A stretch of DNA of 64,000 nucleotides from Candidatus Eiseniibacteriota bacterium. GTDB taxonomy: Bacteria > Eisenbacteria > RBG-16-71-46 > CAVPCR01. Position 1 is the stretch's first letter; the number at the start of each line of letters is the position of its first letter. Under the pieces are notes generated by a model. The model was not told the DNA's origin. It saw only the letters and a program-made list of their open reading frames with translations, and searched no databases. Both the position numbers and the translations under genes were made by a program. Where the stretch lies: assembly GCA_963702435.1 (NCBI GenBank), contig CAVPCR010000005.1, positions 352,001-416,000 on the forward strand, read 5' to 3'. Of the stretch, positions 11,902 to 24,611 are shown piece by piece.

Positions 11902-12771
11902 CTACGGGCAGGCGGCGACCGAGTCGTCGAGCGCCAGGTTCATGAACGGGAGGTAGCGCACCGCCCCCGTGAAACCCCGCGCGAAGGCGCAATCGAGGCC
12001 GCCCCAGTAGTTGTAGCGGGCGCGCACCGGGATGGTCGACAGATTGCGCACCGTACCCTGCCGGTTCTTGTAGATCCGGTTCCCGGCGCCGGGGCGATCG
12101 CCCAGGACGAGCCGTCCGCTGCCGCGGACCGTGGCGCCGAGCTGGTTCCCGATGAGATCGCTCGCCGCGACCTCGATCGTGGCGTCGTCCGCGTCGAGCC
12201 CCACCTCGCTGCCGCGGATCTCGGAGTCGTGGATCCGCAGCTCGGCGCCCTCCCGCGCCAGGATCGCCACCTCGTTGTCCTTGAACAGATCGTTCGCGAG
12301 CTCGACCCGCGCCGTCCCGCGCACGCGGAGGCCGAACTCCCGGCAATCCTCGATGTGGCAGTCGGCCACCCGCAGATCGGCGCCGTCGACGGCGATCCCG
12401 GTCCGCGCATCGCGCACGCTCAGCGCGACGAGCGCCGCGGGGGCGGGAGCGGCACCGCGACGTCCGCCGCTCACGCGCACGACCTCGCTCCCCGGATGGG
12501 TCAGCACGGTGCGGCCCGCTCCGGCGCCGCGCACGCATACGCCGGGCGGGAGATCGATCGTCCCCTTGAACGACCCGGCAGCGAGGAGCACGGTGTCGCC
12601 CGCCGCGGCGCCGGCCACGACGCCGGCCGCCGCAGCGCCGGTGTCGACGCGGAGGATGCGCGCCCCCGCGGACCCGGTGCTCGCGGCGAGGAGCCCGAGG
12701 ACGATGCCGCATGCCAGCGCCGCAGCACCCGGGATGGACGCTGCGGCGGATGATCCAATGTTCCTGCGCAT
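11902..12771 (-). CDS. Secreted right-handed parallel beta-helix protein
   Basis: AAAGDTVLLAAGSF, repeated N-x-x-G-hydrophobic strands, ARYNYWG end motif. Confidence 0.7.
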   Translation of the reverse strand: MRRNIGSSAAASIPGAAALACGIVLGLLAASTGSAGARILRVDTGAAAAGVVAGAAAGDTVLLAAGSFKGTIDLPPGVCVRGAGAGRTVLTHPGSEVVRVSGGRRGAAPAPAALVALSVRDARTGIAVDGADLRVADCHIEDCREFGLRVRGTARVELANDLFKDNEVAILAREGAELRIHDSEIRGSEVGLDADDATIEVAASDLIGNQLGATVRGSGRLVLGDRPGAGNRIYKNRQGTVRNLSTIPVRARYNYWGGLDCAFARGFTGAVRYLPFMNLALDDSVAACP

Positions 12772-12778
12772 GGGCGGG

Positions 12779-14200
12779 CTAGGTGCGCTCCGCGGCTCCA
12801 GCTCCAGCTCCGGCCTCGCCGCCGGGCGGAGGGGTCTCCCACACGAGCTTGCCACGGTAGCTTCCGGGTCCTTCCCCGCTGCCCGGCCCGGGGTCAGGCG
12901 GCGGCGGCGGCGCCGGCGGCTCGGGGACCGGCGGCGGCGCGATCGGCGCGGCGCCCCGCCGGGCCTTGACACCGGCCAGGAGCGCTATCGCGAGCGCGCC
13001 GGTGCCGAGAATGGTGGCGAACGAGAGCAGGGTCCAGCCCACGAACTTGAAGGCCCAGGACACCGGGCCGAGGATGTCGGCGATGCCGAGCAGCTGGCCA
13101 AGCAGGATGAGAAGGCCGATGGCGAGCAGCCCGGTCACGAGATGCCCGAGCGCGCTCACCTGGTCGAAGCGCATGCCGGCGGCGAGCCGGCGCCCGAAGG
13201 CGAGCGCCCCCACCAGGTAGCCGACGAGCAGCAGAAGGGGCACGCCGAGCACGAGCAGGATCGCCACCGGGATGCCGATCACGGTGATCGCCGAGAGGAA
13301 GACCGCAGGAAGCCAGAGCACGAGCACCAGCACGCCGACGAGCAGAGATCGCCAGAAGTCGTGCTGGACCATCTCGGCAAAGGCCGCCAGCCGGTGCCCG
13401 AAGAGGAGCATGGCCAGCCAGCCTATGAAGAGGACGGCGAGGAGCTTGAGCACGTTCTTCGCGATGCGGGCGAAGACCCCGGGCCCGTCCTCGCGCACGT
13501 GGCCGAAGCCGGGGATCATGATCGGACCCACGTTGGCGACCTCGACCTGATCGCCGTCCACGACCCCGCCCTCCTCGATGTCGAGCTCGCCACCGATGCT
13601 CACGGCATCGCCCGTGACGCGCCCCCCCTCACCGACGCGCAGATCCCCGCCGATCGCCACGGCATCCCCGGTCACCTCACCGCGCACGGTCAGGTCGCCG
13701 CCGATCACGACCACCTCTTCGGCGGTCTCGCCGCTCTCGATCACGACGTTCTGACCCATGCGTACGATCTGCCCGTCCTCGTCGCCGCCATCACCGTCCT
13801 CGACGCGGCGACGGATGATGCGCTCGCGCTTCATCGCGGCCTCTGCCTTGGCCTCGGCCTCGCGGATCGCTTCCTCGGCCAGGACCTCGGCGCGCTCGGC
13901 CTCCTTCTGGGCGCGGAGCGCATCGCGCTCGGCATCGCTCATCTCCGGGCCCTTCGGCGGGACCGGAGGCGTCGGCACCTCGGGCGCGGTTCCGGCCCGG
14001 GGGCGCGGCGCCGGCTTGGGCGGCGGCGCGTCGGGATCGGGCCCGATCTCGATGCCCGGATCCCCCTGCGCCTGCGCCGTCGCCGGCGAGTAGGCCATCG
14101 CCTGCCCCGCCAGCCGGAGTCCAAACCCGAGCGCGATGAGCGAAACTGCGACCGAGACGGCCACGATCACCGGGCGAACAGGTGCGGGCACGTGTTTCAT
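12779..14200 (-). CDS. Membrane protein with bactofilin-like (polymer-forming) repeats
   Basis: VVVIGGDLTVRGEVTGDAVAIGG repeats followed by several TM helices. Confidence 0.75.
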   Translation of the reverse strand: MKHVPAPVRPVIVAVSVAVSLIALGFGLRLAGQAMAYSPATAQAQGDPGIEIGPDPDAPPPKPAPRPRAGTAPEVPTPPVPPKGPEMSDAERDALRAQKEAERAEVLAEEAIREAEAKAEAAMKRERIIRRRVEDGDGGDEDGQIVRMGQNVVIESGETAEEVVVIGGDLTVRGEVTGDAVAIGGDLRVGEGGRVTGDAVSIGGELDIEEGGVVDGDQVEVANVGPIMIPGFGHVREDGPGVFARIAKNVLKLLAVLFIGWLAMLLFGHRLAAFAEMVQHDFWRSLLVGVLVLVLWLPAVFLSAITVIGIPVAILLVLGVPLLLLVGYLVGALAFGRRLAAGMRFDQVSALGHLVTGLLAIGLLILLGQLLGIADILGPVSWAFKFVGWTLLSFATILGTGALAIALLAGVKARRGAAPIAPPPVPEPPAPPPPPDPGPGSGEGPGSYRGKLVWETPPPGGEAGAGAGAAERT

Positions 14201-14249
14201 GATGACCCTCGTTGGCTGGCCGGCTGGATCATTCTGCAGCCGGCTCGAG

Positions 14250-15032
14250 CTACCCGCGGACGGACTCGCGCGCCCCGCTGTGACCGCGGCGCACGAGATA
14301 ACCGGCAAACCCCAGCAGCGCGACGGCCACGACGGCGACCAGCATGACATCCGGCCCCCGCGCGTTCGCGAACTGCCACACACCCTCGGAGACCGGTCCC
14401 AGATCGTGCGCGAACCCCCGCGCGACCCTGAGCACCGCCTCCGCCTCGAGCACGCGCACCCCCACGGCTTCCGCGAGATGGCTGCCGCCCTCGCCGAGGG
14501 CGCCGAGCGCCAGTGCGAAGCTCGACCCGATCGCCCGCACCATCCACTCGCCGAAGAAGAGCGTGGCGAAGATCGATGCCGCAGTGAGGGCGAGCGAGGC
14601 CATGAGGAACGAGGGCGCCGGCGGGGAAGCGGGCCGCACGGCCTGGCGGCTCCGTGCGGCGATCGCGTGAGCGGCAGCGGCGCGCACATCGGAAGCCGGC
14701 ACGCGGACGCGCGTGCGACTCGCGGCAGCGGCGGCGAGCACGGCCCGCGCGCGCGCCTCGCGCGTCGGCGCGGGTACGGAATGCGCGCCGGCCGGAGAGG
14801 CCAGGACGCCCGCCCGGGCGAGAACAGCCCGGTCGAAGACCCGAGCCTCCTCGGTTCTCAGGTCGGGGTTCCGCAGGCGGCGGATGGCCACGACGAGCCC
14901 CCGGCCGGCTTCCACCTCGGCCCGGCAGACCGGGCAGCCGGACTGGTGCGCCCGGTAGGCCTCGGCCTCGGGCCCGGGCAGCTGGCCTTCCAGGTAGGGG
15001 AAGGCCTTTTCTTTCCAGAGGTTACAGCTCAT
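14250..15032 (-). CDS. Zinc-finger (ZAS) anti-sigma factor, membrane anchored
   Basis: MSC...YLEGQL...AHQSGCPVC (HxxxCxxC); C-terminal TM segments; directly downstream of ECF sigma. Confidence 0.8.
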   Translation of the reverse strand: MSCNLWKEKAFPYLEGQLPGPEAEAYRAHQSGCPVCRAEVEAGRGLVVAIRRLRNPDLRTEEARVFDRAVLARAGVLASPAGAHSVPAPTREARARAVLAAAAASRTRVRVPASDVRAAAAHAIAARSRQAVRPASPPAPSFLMASLALTAASIFATLFFGEWMVRAIGSSFALALGALGEGGSHLAEAVGVRVLEAEAVLRVARGFAHDLGPVSEGVWQFANARGPDVMLVAVVAVALLGFAGYLVRRGHSGARESVRG

Positions 15033-15095
15033 GTTCGGTGCTCGGAAGGACATCGCCTGGGTGCTCTCCGCCTGTCAACGCCATTTCCACTAGCC

Positions 15096-15124
15096 GATAC
15101 GCCGGCGCCCCGGAGCAAGTTGCA
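15096..15124 (-). promoter_or_regulatory. Candidate ECF (SigW-like) promoter upstream of the anti-sigma gene
   Basis: Minus strand TGCAAC-N17-CGTATC, similar to TGAAAC-N16/17-CGTA. Confidence 0.45.
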
Positions 15125-15167
15125 GCCGCCGCGCCACCTGGGGCGGCCGCTCGCCGGGCGGGCCGTC

Positions 15168-15767
15168 TCAACCCCGGTCCTCGCGGCCGGGGGCGAGCCG
15201 CCGCTTGAGGAGGTGGTGAGCCCGATGGAGCCGGGCCTTCACGGTGCCGAGAGGGATCCCGAGCACCGTGGCGATCTCCTCGTAGGCGAGATCCTCCTTG
15301 TAGCGCAGGATCACGACCACCCGGTAGCGGGGCGGCAAGGACGCGAGCAACGAGTCGAGCCGCAGCTCCGCTTCGCTCTGCCCGAGGAGATCGTCGGCGA
15401 TGGGCGCGGTGTCGGCGACCTCCCGCGCCCGGTCGCCGCGCTCCGCCTCGATCGGCGCATCGAGCGACACGAGTGCGAGGCGCCGCCGCCGGAAGTGATC
15501 GATGCACAGGTTGGCCGTGATCTTCGCGATCCAGGCCCCGAACGACTTGGTGACATCGAACGTGGAGAGCGCCTGGAAAGCGCGCACGAACGCCTCCTGC
15601 GCGATATCGGCGGCGTCGTCGGTGTTCTGCACCATGCGCAGCGCGAGCCCCAGCACGCGCGATCGATAGCGCGCGAGGAGCTCGCCGTAGGCGCGCTCGT
15701 CCCCGGCGAGCGCGCGCGCGATGTACCTGGCATCATCCTCCGCGGGAAGCGACGGCGTGGCGCTCAT
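15168..15767 (-). CDS. ECF RNA polymerase sigma factor (SigW/RpoE-like)
   Basis: DAADIAQEAFVRA, FGAWIAKITANLCIDHFRR, YEEIATVLGIPLGTVKARLHRA. Confidence 0.95.
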   Translation of the reverse strand: MSATPSLPAEDDARYIARALAGDERAYGELLARYRSRVLGLALRMVQNTDDAADIAQEAFVRAFQALSTFDVTKSFGAWIAKITANLCIDHFRRRRLALVSLDAPIEAERGDRAREVADTAPIADDLLGQSEAELRLDSLLASLPPRYRVVVILRYKEDLAYEEIATVLGIPLGTVKARLHRAHHLLKRRLAPGREDRG

Positions 15768-16337
15768 CGAGCGCAGACCGGGAAGAGGAGATGCGCGGGG
15801 GGCATGCGATGCACGAGAGGAGGAAACCCGATGCTCGCGGAGGCGTCAAGCACCGCCCGCCGGCGGCGAACGGGCGGCCGCCTCGCGGCGGGCGCCGGGA
15901 CTGCCGATCATCCGTCCGCTGCCGCCGCCGCTCCCGCCTGCGCCCCGGGCTCGCCGCTCCGGCCCGGGCGATCCACGGCACCGGCAGCGGCCGGCGAGGC
16001 ACGCGGCCCCCGGCGGCGCCCGGGCACATAGCCCCCAGCGCCGGTGAAGCCCCGGCCGGGAGCGGACCGCTCGCCGGTGGTCGATTCCTGGCCGGGGGGC
16101 CGGCCGGCGGCCGCCCCCCGCGTCGCGGGCCGCCGGCCGGCCCGAGCGGCGGCGCGGCCCCGCCCATCCTCAATTCCTTGCTCCCATCCGCCGACTGCGA
16201 CGTTTGACTCCCGGCCGCAGAAATTTCAGGTTGCGCCTTCGGCGCGGGGAGCTACCATTGGCTCCGCAGCGGCCCGCTGGCCGTGCCCGAAGCTTCCCCA
16301 CCCATCACGCTTCCCGCTGAAGAATCGAGTTGAGGAT

Positions 16338-16673
16338 ATGAAGCGACGCTCAATGCAGTCCGTGGCGACCGAATTGCAGAAGGCCGGCCGCGACGCTCTT
16401 GAAAGCAACCAGCGCCTGATCCGTCTCGTCGACGAGCTGTCGAGCGAGGTGTCCTTCCGCACCTCCCTCGCCGGGCTGCTCGAGCAGTATCGGCAGGATA
16501 TCGAGGCGGGCAAGCCGCGCTTCGGGTTGCGCAAGGTCCTCGACCACGTGGAGTCGTTCTTCATCCAGGCAGCGATGCAGCAGGCCAAGGGCAACATCGC
16601 CGTTGCCGCCGAGATGCTGAAGGTCCCTGAGGCCACCCTGCGCTACAAGCTGTCGAAGCACGCGCTCCGCTAG
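16338..16673 (+). CDS. Small Fis-family HTH protein
   Basis: GAGG RBS; ESFFIQAAMQQAKGNIAVAAEMLKVPEATLRYKL HTH_8 pattern. Confidence 0.75.
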   Translation: MKRRSMQSVATELQKAGRDALESNQRLIRLVDELSSEVSFRTSLAGLLEQYRQDIEAGKPRFGLRKVLDHVESFFIQAAMQQAKGNIAVAAEMLKVPEATLRYKLSKHALR

Positions 16674-17110
16674 AGCGGGCGCACCCGCGGGAGCCGGGTT
16701 CTCCCCGCTCCAGACCTGCTTCAGAATCGAATCCGGAACGGCCGGGGCGTCTGGACGCCCCGGCCGCTCCGCCTTTCTTCCGGATCGATCGACCGCTGCG
16801 TCCCTCCAAGCCGCCCGCCTCAAATCAAGAACGTTTCCCTAAGGGACATTCCCTCCCCGGCCGAAACATCCCGTGGGTCGGATGACCGTGAGCGGTGGTC
16901 CGACCCGCCGCCCCAGTCGAGCGGCTCGGGGGACCGACATCCTGCCCTCCCACCCTTGATCCCCCTGCCCCGCCGGCCTTGGCGGCTGCTGCACGAACCG
17001 GAGCCCACGGCGAGGTCGAGCGCGGCCGCATGACCGGGGCGAGCCGGGAACGATAACTGGAAGAGGCTTCTCAAGGTCAGGGATCGGGGCCAGGGACGAC
17101 GCCGCTCGCG

Positions 17111-19805
<2,695 letters not shown>

Positions 19806-19866
19806 TCGCGAAGATCCGCTGATCCACCGTTCCGCCGTCGTGCCCCAGGATACAAGGAGACCCCTC

Positions 19867-20250
19867 ATGGGCCAGCCCCTGAGTCACGATCGCTCGCCCG
19901 CCGAGAACCGGTACTGGCACCCGGAAGGCCGCCCGCACCGGGAGCCGATCCCCATCCGGCGCTGGCTCCTCCTTCTCGTCCTCGGGATCGTCGCCTGGGA
20001 GCTCATGTTCTCGCCGCGCGGGTTCCTCTCGATCTGGCGCTACGATCACGAGCGCAAGGAACTCGCCAAGCAGCGTGCCGCGCTCATGGCCGAGCGCGAG
20101 GAGCTGGCCACGCTGAAGGCGCGCCTCGAGTCGGGCGAGGCGGTCGAGGAAGTGGCGCGCGAGGTCTATGGGTATGCGAAGGAGGGCGAGGAGGTCTACA
20201 TCCTCTCCGACCAGGCGACCGCAAAGGACAAGGACCCGAAGAAGAAGTAG
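19867..20250 (+). CDS. ftsB: Septum formation initiator FtsB/DivIC family
   Basis: TM plus coiled coil, VEEVAREVYGYAKEGEEVY; canonical eno-ftsB synteny. Confidence 0.8.
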   Translation: MGQPLSHDRSPAENRYWHPEGRPHREPIPIRRWLLLLVLGIVAWELMFSPRGFLSIWRYDHERKELAKQRAALMAEREELATLKARLESGEAVEEVAREVYGYAKEGEEVYILSDQATAKDKDPKKK

Positions 20251-20359
20251 CGGGATTCCGCCGGTGCCGGGCGCGGCCTTCAAGGCTCGTGACCGGCCGC
20301 CACCTCCTTTCAGCCGCCGGCCCCTCGCTCAGCCGCCCTCTTTCGCCCGCCGCCCTCTT

Positions 20360-20818
20360 TCAGCCGCCGCCCCCTCCCGTGCCCAGCCACACGAGAAGCG
20401 CGATCGCGAGATTGATCGCGTGCGCAGTGAAGCAGAGGACGCACGGCACCCGGGTGAGGAAGAGCAGGCTCCAGCTCAGGTAGGCGCCGAGCGCCACGGT
20501 GCCGAGCGCCGTGAGCCGGTAGGCCACGAGCACCCAGCCGGGTGCCGCCCCCGCCCCGCCGGCGATGGCGAGCCCGATCACGGCCAGGTAGTAGGCCGTC
20601 CCGAGGAGCGAGTTGGGAACGCCGAAGACCCGGGCGCGAGGCGTATCGAGAACGCGGGCGCAGGTCGCCTCGCCGAGCCGGCAGCGACGCGGGATGAAGA
20701 AGGCGTCGGGAGCGATCAGACGATAGCTCACGCCCGTGAAGTAGGCGGCGATCGCGAGCCCGGCCAGGGCAAGCACGAGCAGGAGCGCCCGCCCCACGGC
20801 TTCGCCGCTGAAGTCCAT
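20360..20818 (-). CDS. Vitamin K epoxide reductase (VKOR) family protein
   Basis: C..C loop, VFGVPNSLLG, CVLC redox motif, 4 TM. Confidence 0.85.
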   Translation of the reverse strand: MDFSGEAVGRALLLVLALAGLAIAAYFTGVSYRLIAPDAFFIPRRCRLGEATCARVLDTPRARVFGVPNSLLGTAYYLAVIGLAIAGGAGAAPGWVLVAYRLTALGTVALGAYLSWSLLFLTRVPCVLCFTAHAINLAIALLVWLGTGGGGG

Positions 20819-21095
20819 GGCCGTAACCTTAGCACCGGCGAACCCGACTCGGCACGCCGGCGGCGGCGCCGAATCGACTTCGCGGCGTATTCACTGGACA
20901 TGCAGCGCCGGGCGGCGCTAGCGTGGACCCGAGGCCGTCAACGCCATCGAGGTCCGTGCCCGCCCGGGTCGAGTCTCGAGCGACTGCCGGCCGCACGCGC
21001 CCACCTCCGATCGGGAGGGCGCCGCCGGCGATGGCCGGCCCTCCCTCCCGCCTCTCATGCGGCTCAAGGAGATCGAGCCGCGACGGAGGGACGTC

Positions 21096-22004
21096 ATGAT
21101 TGCCGTCACCTGCCCCACCGGGCGGATCGCCGGCCTGCTCGTGCCCCGCCTCTGCCGGCGCGGCCACCCCGTGCGTGTCCTCTGCCGAGCCCCTTCGCGC
21201 GCCGATCATCTGACCGCTCTCGGCGTCGAGGTGCTCAAGGGCAGCCTCTTTGAATCCGAGCGCCTGACCCTTTTCCTCCGCGATGCCACAGCGAGCTTCC
21301 TCGCCACGCCCCTCCTCGACGATCCGCGCGACGAGCGCAAGATGGGCCGCATGCTCGCCGAGGCGCATGCGGGCTCGACCGTGGAGCACGTGGTCTACCT
21401 CTCGGTGCTCGGGGCGACCTCCGCGGCCGGCGATACGCCCGTCACGGCAAAGATGGAGATCGAACAGAACCTGGCCGACACGGGGCTCGATTTCACGGTC
21501 TTGCGCCCCGCCTTCCTCATGGAGAACCTGACCGTCCAGATGGCGGAGATCGAGAGCGGCGTGCTCGCGCTCCCCGCTTCGCCCGCGGATCCGTTCCCCC
21601 TGGTAGCCGCGGGGGATGTGGCCTGCGCCGCCCTGATCGCGCTGGCCCGCGGTCCGGCCGGCGCCGAACGGATCGATCTCGTCGCTCCGGAGATCCTCAC
21701 GCCGGTCGAGATGGCCGCGGTCCTCGCCGAGGCGCTCGGCCATGAGGTGGAAGCGATCGAGGTCGGCGCTCGCGAGTACGGGCGGCGGCTCGAACGGTCC
21801 GGCTTGCCGGCGCACCGCGCGGAGCATCTCGCCGAGCTGGCCTCGCACCTGGCGGACATCGGTGCGCGCATGCGCCACGCTCAGGCCGACGAGGCTGCGC
21901 TCGGCACTCCGGCTCACACCGCCACGTCGTTCGCCGCCTTCGCGCACGAGCTCGCGGGCCGGCGCCCTGCGTTCGCGCCGGCGCGGGCGTACCTCACGTT
22001 CTAG
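21096..22004 (+). CDS. NmrA-family NAD(P)-binding protein
   Basis: IAVTCPTGRIA, VEHVVYLS, FTVLRPAFLMEN, VAAGDVA. Confidence 0.85.
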   Translation: MIAVTCPTGRIAGLLVPRLCRRGHPVRVLCRAPSRADHLTALGVEVLKGSLFESERLTLFLRDATASFLATPLLDDPRDERKMGRMLAEAHAGSTVEHVVYLSVLGATSAAGDTPVTAKMEIEQNLADTGLDFTVLRPAFLMENLTVQMAEIESGVLALPASPADPFPLVAAGDVACAALIALARGPAGAERIDLVAPEILTPVEMAAVLAEALGHEVEAIEVGAREYGRRLERSGLPAHRAEHLAELASHLADIGARMRHAQADEAALGTPAHTATSFAAFAHELAGRRPAFAPARAYLTF

Positions 22005-22021
22005 CCGCCGCTCGCGAGCGA

Positions 22022-23350
22022 CTAATCGAGCATGCCGTTCATGGACGCCGCGGGGAGCGGCGCATCCGGCACGTAGGGCAGTCCGCGCGGTGTCGCGCGC
22101 TGGGTGAGCGCGAGGAAAGTGCGGCGCGGAAGCACGAAGTCGGCCAGCTCGTCCGATGGCGGGGCGGCCCCGGCCGCGGCCTGGACCACATCGGCCGCGA
22201 TCTCGGCCGGAGTCCGCCGATCCACCGGCACCTCGCGCACGATGCGACCGCCGGCCGCGCTCCGCCAGCCGCCGTTCCACGGCAAGACCGCGAGCTCGGT
22301 CCACAGGCCGGTCACATCGGTGACCCGCGGCCCCCAGTGCGTCCACGGGAAGGTGAGCGCGAACGTGCGCAGCGCGGGATCGGCCGGGTTCGGCTTCATC
22401 CGCCCGGAGCCGTCCTCCTGCTTCGAGTCGGCCTCGCGCGGATCGCCGAGCACGAGCCAGCCCGACTGCGGGACGCCGTAGACAATCGAGGTGTTGGTGA
22501 GGAGCCCGAGCGCGCGCGCGACCACCTCGCCGTCTCGCGACACGAAGCCCCACGGCCCGAACGGCACGCCTAGCACCTCGCAGACGCCGATCAGACGCAG
22601 GAGCACTCTCGCCACGTCCTGGTGCGAGAGGCTCACCAGGTTGTAGCGGCCGCCGGCCTGGTCGAGGTCGGCGCAGAGATCGAGCGTGACGCCGCCGTAC
22701 TGGATGTAGTGCCAGTGGCGGATGTCGTCGGCCGGCGGGAAGGCCCGATAGCGCTCGAGCGCGGCCGCCGCCTTGGCCTGGATGCCCCGGATCTCCGGGT
22801 TCTTCTCCGCCATCTTCGAGAGCATGGAGAAGGCGCGCTCCGCGGTCTCGAGGCGGCGGATCATGAGCGCCGACCAGGCCAGCGGGAAGGCGAGCGACGG
22901 GCGTTCGGCGAGGCTCATGCTCGCCGCGATGCTCACGACCTCGTGATGGCGGCCCTCGTCCGAGTAGGCGATGACGAGCGACTCACGCACCTCGGGGTTC
23001 CGCGGGTCCAGGCGATAGGCTTCCTCGAGGAGCGGCACGGCCAGATCGCTCGCGCTCTGATCGATGAGCGCCCAGCCCGCCTGCAGCCACATGCCCGCAT
23101 TCTGCGGATCGGCGATGATGGCCATGAGCGCGCGCGCGATCTCCTCCTCCCCCACCTCGTTCGCTGCGCGCGCGGCGAGCTCGTAGGCCTCGCGCAGGTA
23201 GCGCTGCTCGTGCCAGGCGAACCCCGCCGCGCGCAGCGCGTCGCGCGGGTGGCCGGTGGCAAGATTGCGGGCGGCGGCGTCGATCGCCTCCCGGGCGGAC
23301 TCGTTCGCTTGCTGGATCGGAAGCCAGGGAGATGGCTGAGGTCGCGCCAT
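22022..23350 (-). CDS. Hypothetical TPR-containing protein
   Basis: TPR-like helices (AYRLDPRNPEVRESL); typical GC3 coding pattern. Confidence 0.65.
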   Translation of the reverse strand: MARPQPSPWLPIQQANESAREAIDAAARNLATGHPRDALRAAGFAWHEQRYLREAYELAARAANEVGEEEIARALMAIIADPQNAGMWLQAGWALIDQSASDLAVPLLEEAYRLDPRNPEVRESLVIAYSDEGRHHEVVSIAASMSLAERPSLAFPLAWSALMIRRLETAERAFSMLSKMAEKNPEIRGIQAKAAAALERYRAFPPADDIRHWHYIQYGGVTLDLCADLDQAGGRYNLVSLSHQDVARVLLRLIGVCEVLGVPFGPWGFVSRDGEVVARALGLLTNTSIVYGVPQSGWLVLGDPREADSKQEDGSGRMKPNPADPALRTFALTFPWTHWGPRVTDVTGLWTELAVLPWNGGWRSAAGGRIVREVPVDRRTPAEIAADVVQAAAGAAPPSDELADFVLPRRTFLALTQRATPRGLPYVPDAPLPAASMNGMLD

Positions 23351-23996
23351 GGTGCCTCTTCCCGCGGAGCGGGGGATCGCGGCCGGGTAGGTGGTGCCTT
23401 GAGCGGCGCCAGGTGGGCGGCGCCCTTCGACTTATCGGCCGCGCCGGAGCGAGGATGAGCTGCCTGCGCACGGGGCCCCGGCCGGCCGGCTGATGCAGGG
23501 GTAAGCCCCTGGCGGGAGGCCGGCGGGCGGCAGGGCCGCGCGGGGACGGGAACCGGCTCCCGTCCGCGCTCCTGCGCCCAGGTGCCTCCGTGCGTTCGAG
23601 TTAGCGGCGGCCCGGGACCGGACATATCAGGGGGCGCCGCGCCGCGCGAGCGACGCGCGAGCGCCGCGCGATCTCCGGCTCGTCCGCTATCGCCCCGGCG
23701 AGCGCCGCCCGCGGCATGCCAACGATCGGAGCTCGGTCACGCTCGTGCTCCGCGGAGGGATCGAGGAGCGCGTCGGCTCCACCGACGAGCGCGGAACACC
23801 GCTCAGCGTCGTCGTCAAGCCCCGGCCGGCATCGAGCATGTCGATGTCTTCGGACCGGGCGGTGCAACGACCCTGCGGCTCCTGCTGTCGCCGGCGGACC
23901 AGTCACTCGCCGCGGAGGCGGGGCACTGGGCCGCCGGCTGGCGGTGGAGCCACGCGCAGGGGCCGGCGCGGAGTACCGGCCCCGATGTGCTCCCGG

Positions 23997-24475
23997 TCAC
24001 GGCTCGGCGGGGCCGGCGTGCATCCACGCCTGGAACAGGCTGTAGCCGATGGAGAGGACGACCGCCCCGACGAAGAGCCCGATGATTCCCGAGAGGAGCA
24101 TGCCGCCGATCGCGCCGAGCAGGATGACCGGCATCGGAATCGCGACGCCCCGTCCCAGGAAGAGCGGCTTGAGCACGCCGTCGGAGACGCTGACCAGCAG
24201 GCACCAGAAGGCGAAGACGATCGGGGCGACGGTGACGAGCGAGAGGATGACCGTGAACGCAGCGCCGGCAATCCGCGAACCGACGAAGGTGAGCACTCGC
24301 TTGACCTGTGAACGGGCGGTCGCCATCGCCGCCTTGAGGTTCTCCGTGGCCAGCACCCAGAATCCGTGGACCTTCTCGCCGATCAGCGGCCAGCTCAGCA
24401 CCTTCTCGGGCGGCGGCGGCAAGCGGATGCCGCGGTCCTCGCGGAGCGTCTCGGCGAGCCGGGCGCCGGTGGTCT
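23997..24475 (-). pseudogene. AI-2E transporter remnant (N-terminus missing, internal deletion)
   Basis: PPPPEKVLSWPLIG joined directly to SDGVLKPLFLGRG...GAIGG...GIIGLFVG; far shorter than the family norm. Confidence 0.7.
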
Positions 24476-24611
24476 ACTTCTTGGATCCGGAGTTTGCTCG
24501 CGAGTTCCCCCTGGGACACAGGCTGACCGGCGCGCGCATGATACGACGTACGGGCGCCGCCGGGCAGCCGCCTTTCACCAGGTGGGCAACCGGCGGCGGG
24601 GGGCTCGGCTG

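Noticed and set aside
16030..16110. Possible SRP or other ncRNA in the GC-rich intergenic region
   Set aside because: Lacks the SRP CAGG-x-GNRA-x-AGCA core; no recognisable family
20300..20376. Degenerate ccctctttcagccgccg tandem repeats between ftsB and VKOR
   Set aside because: Short, irregular, no spacers; likely slippage at a gene end
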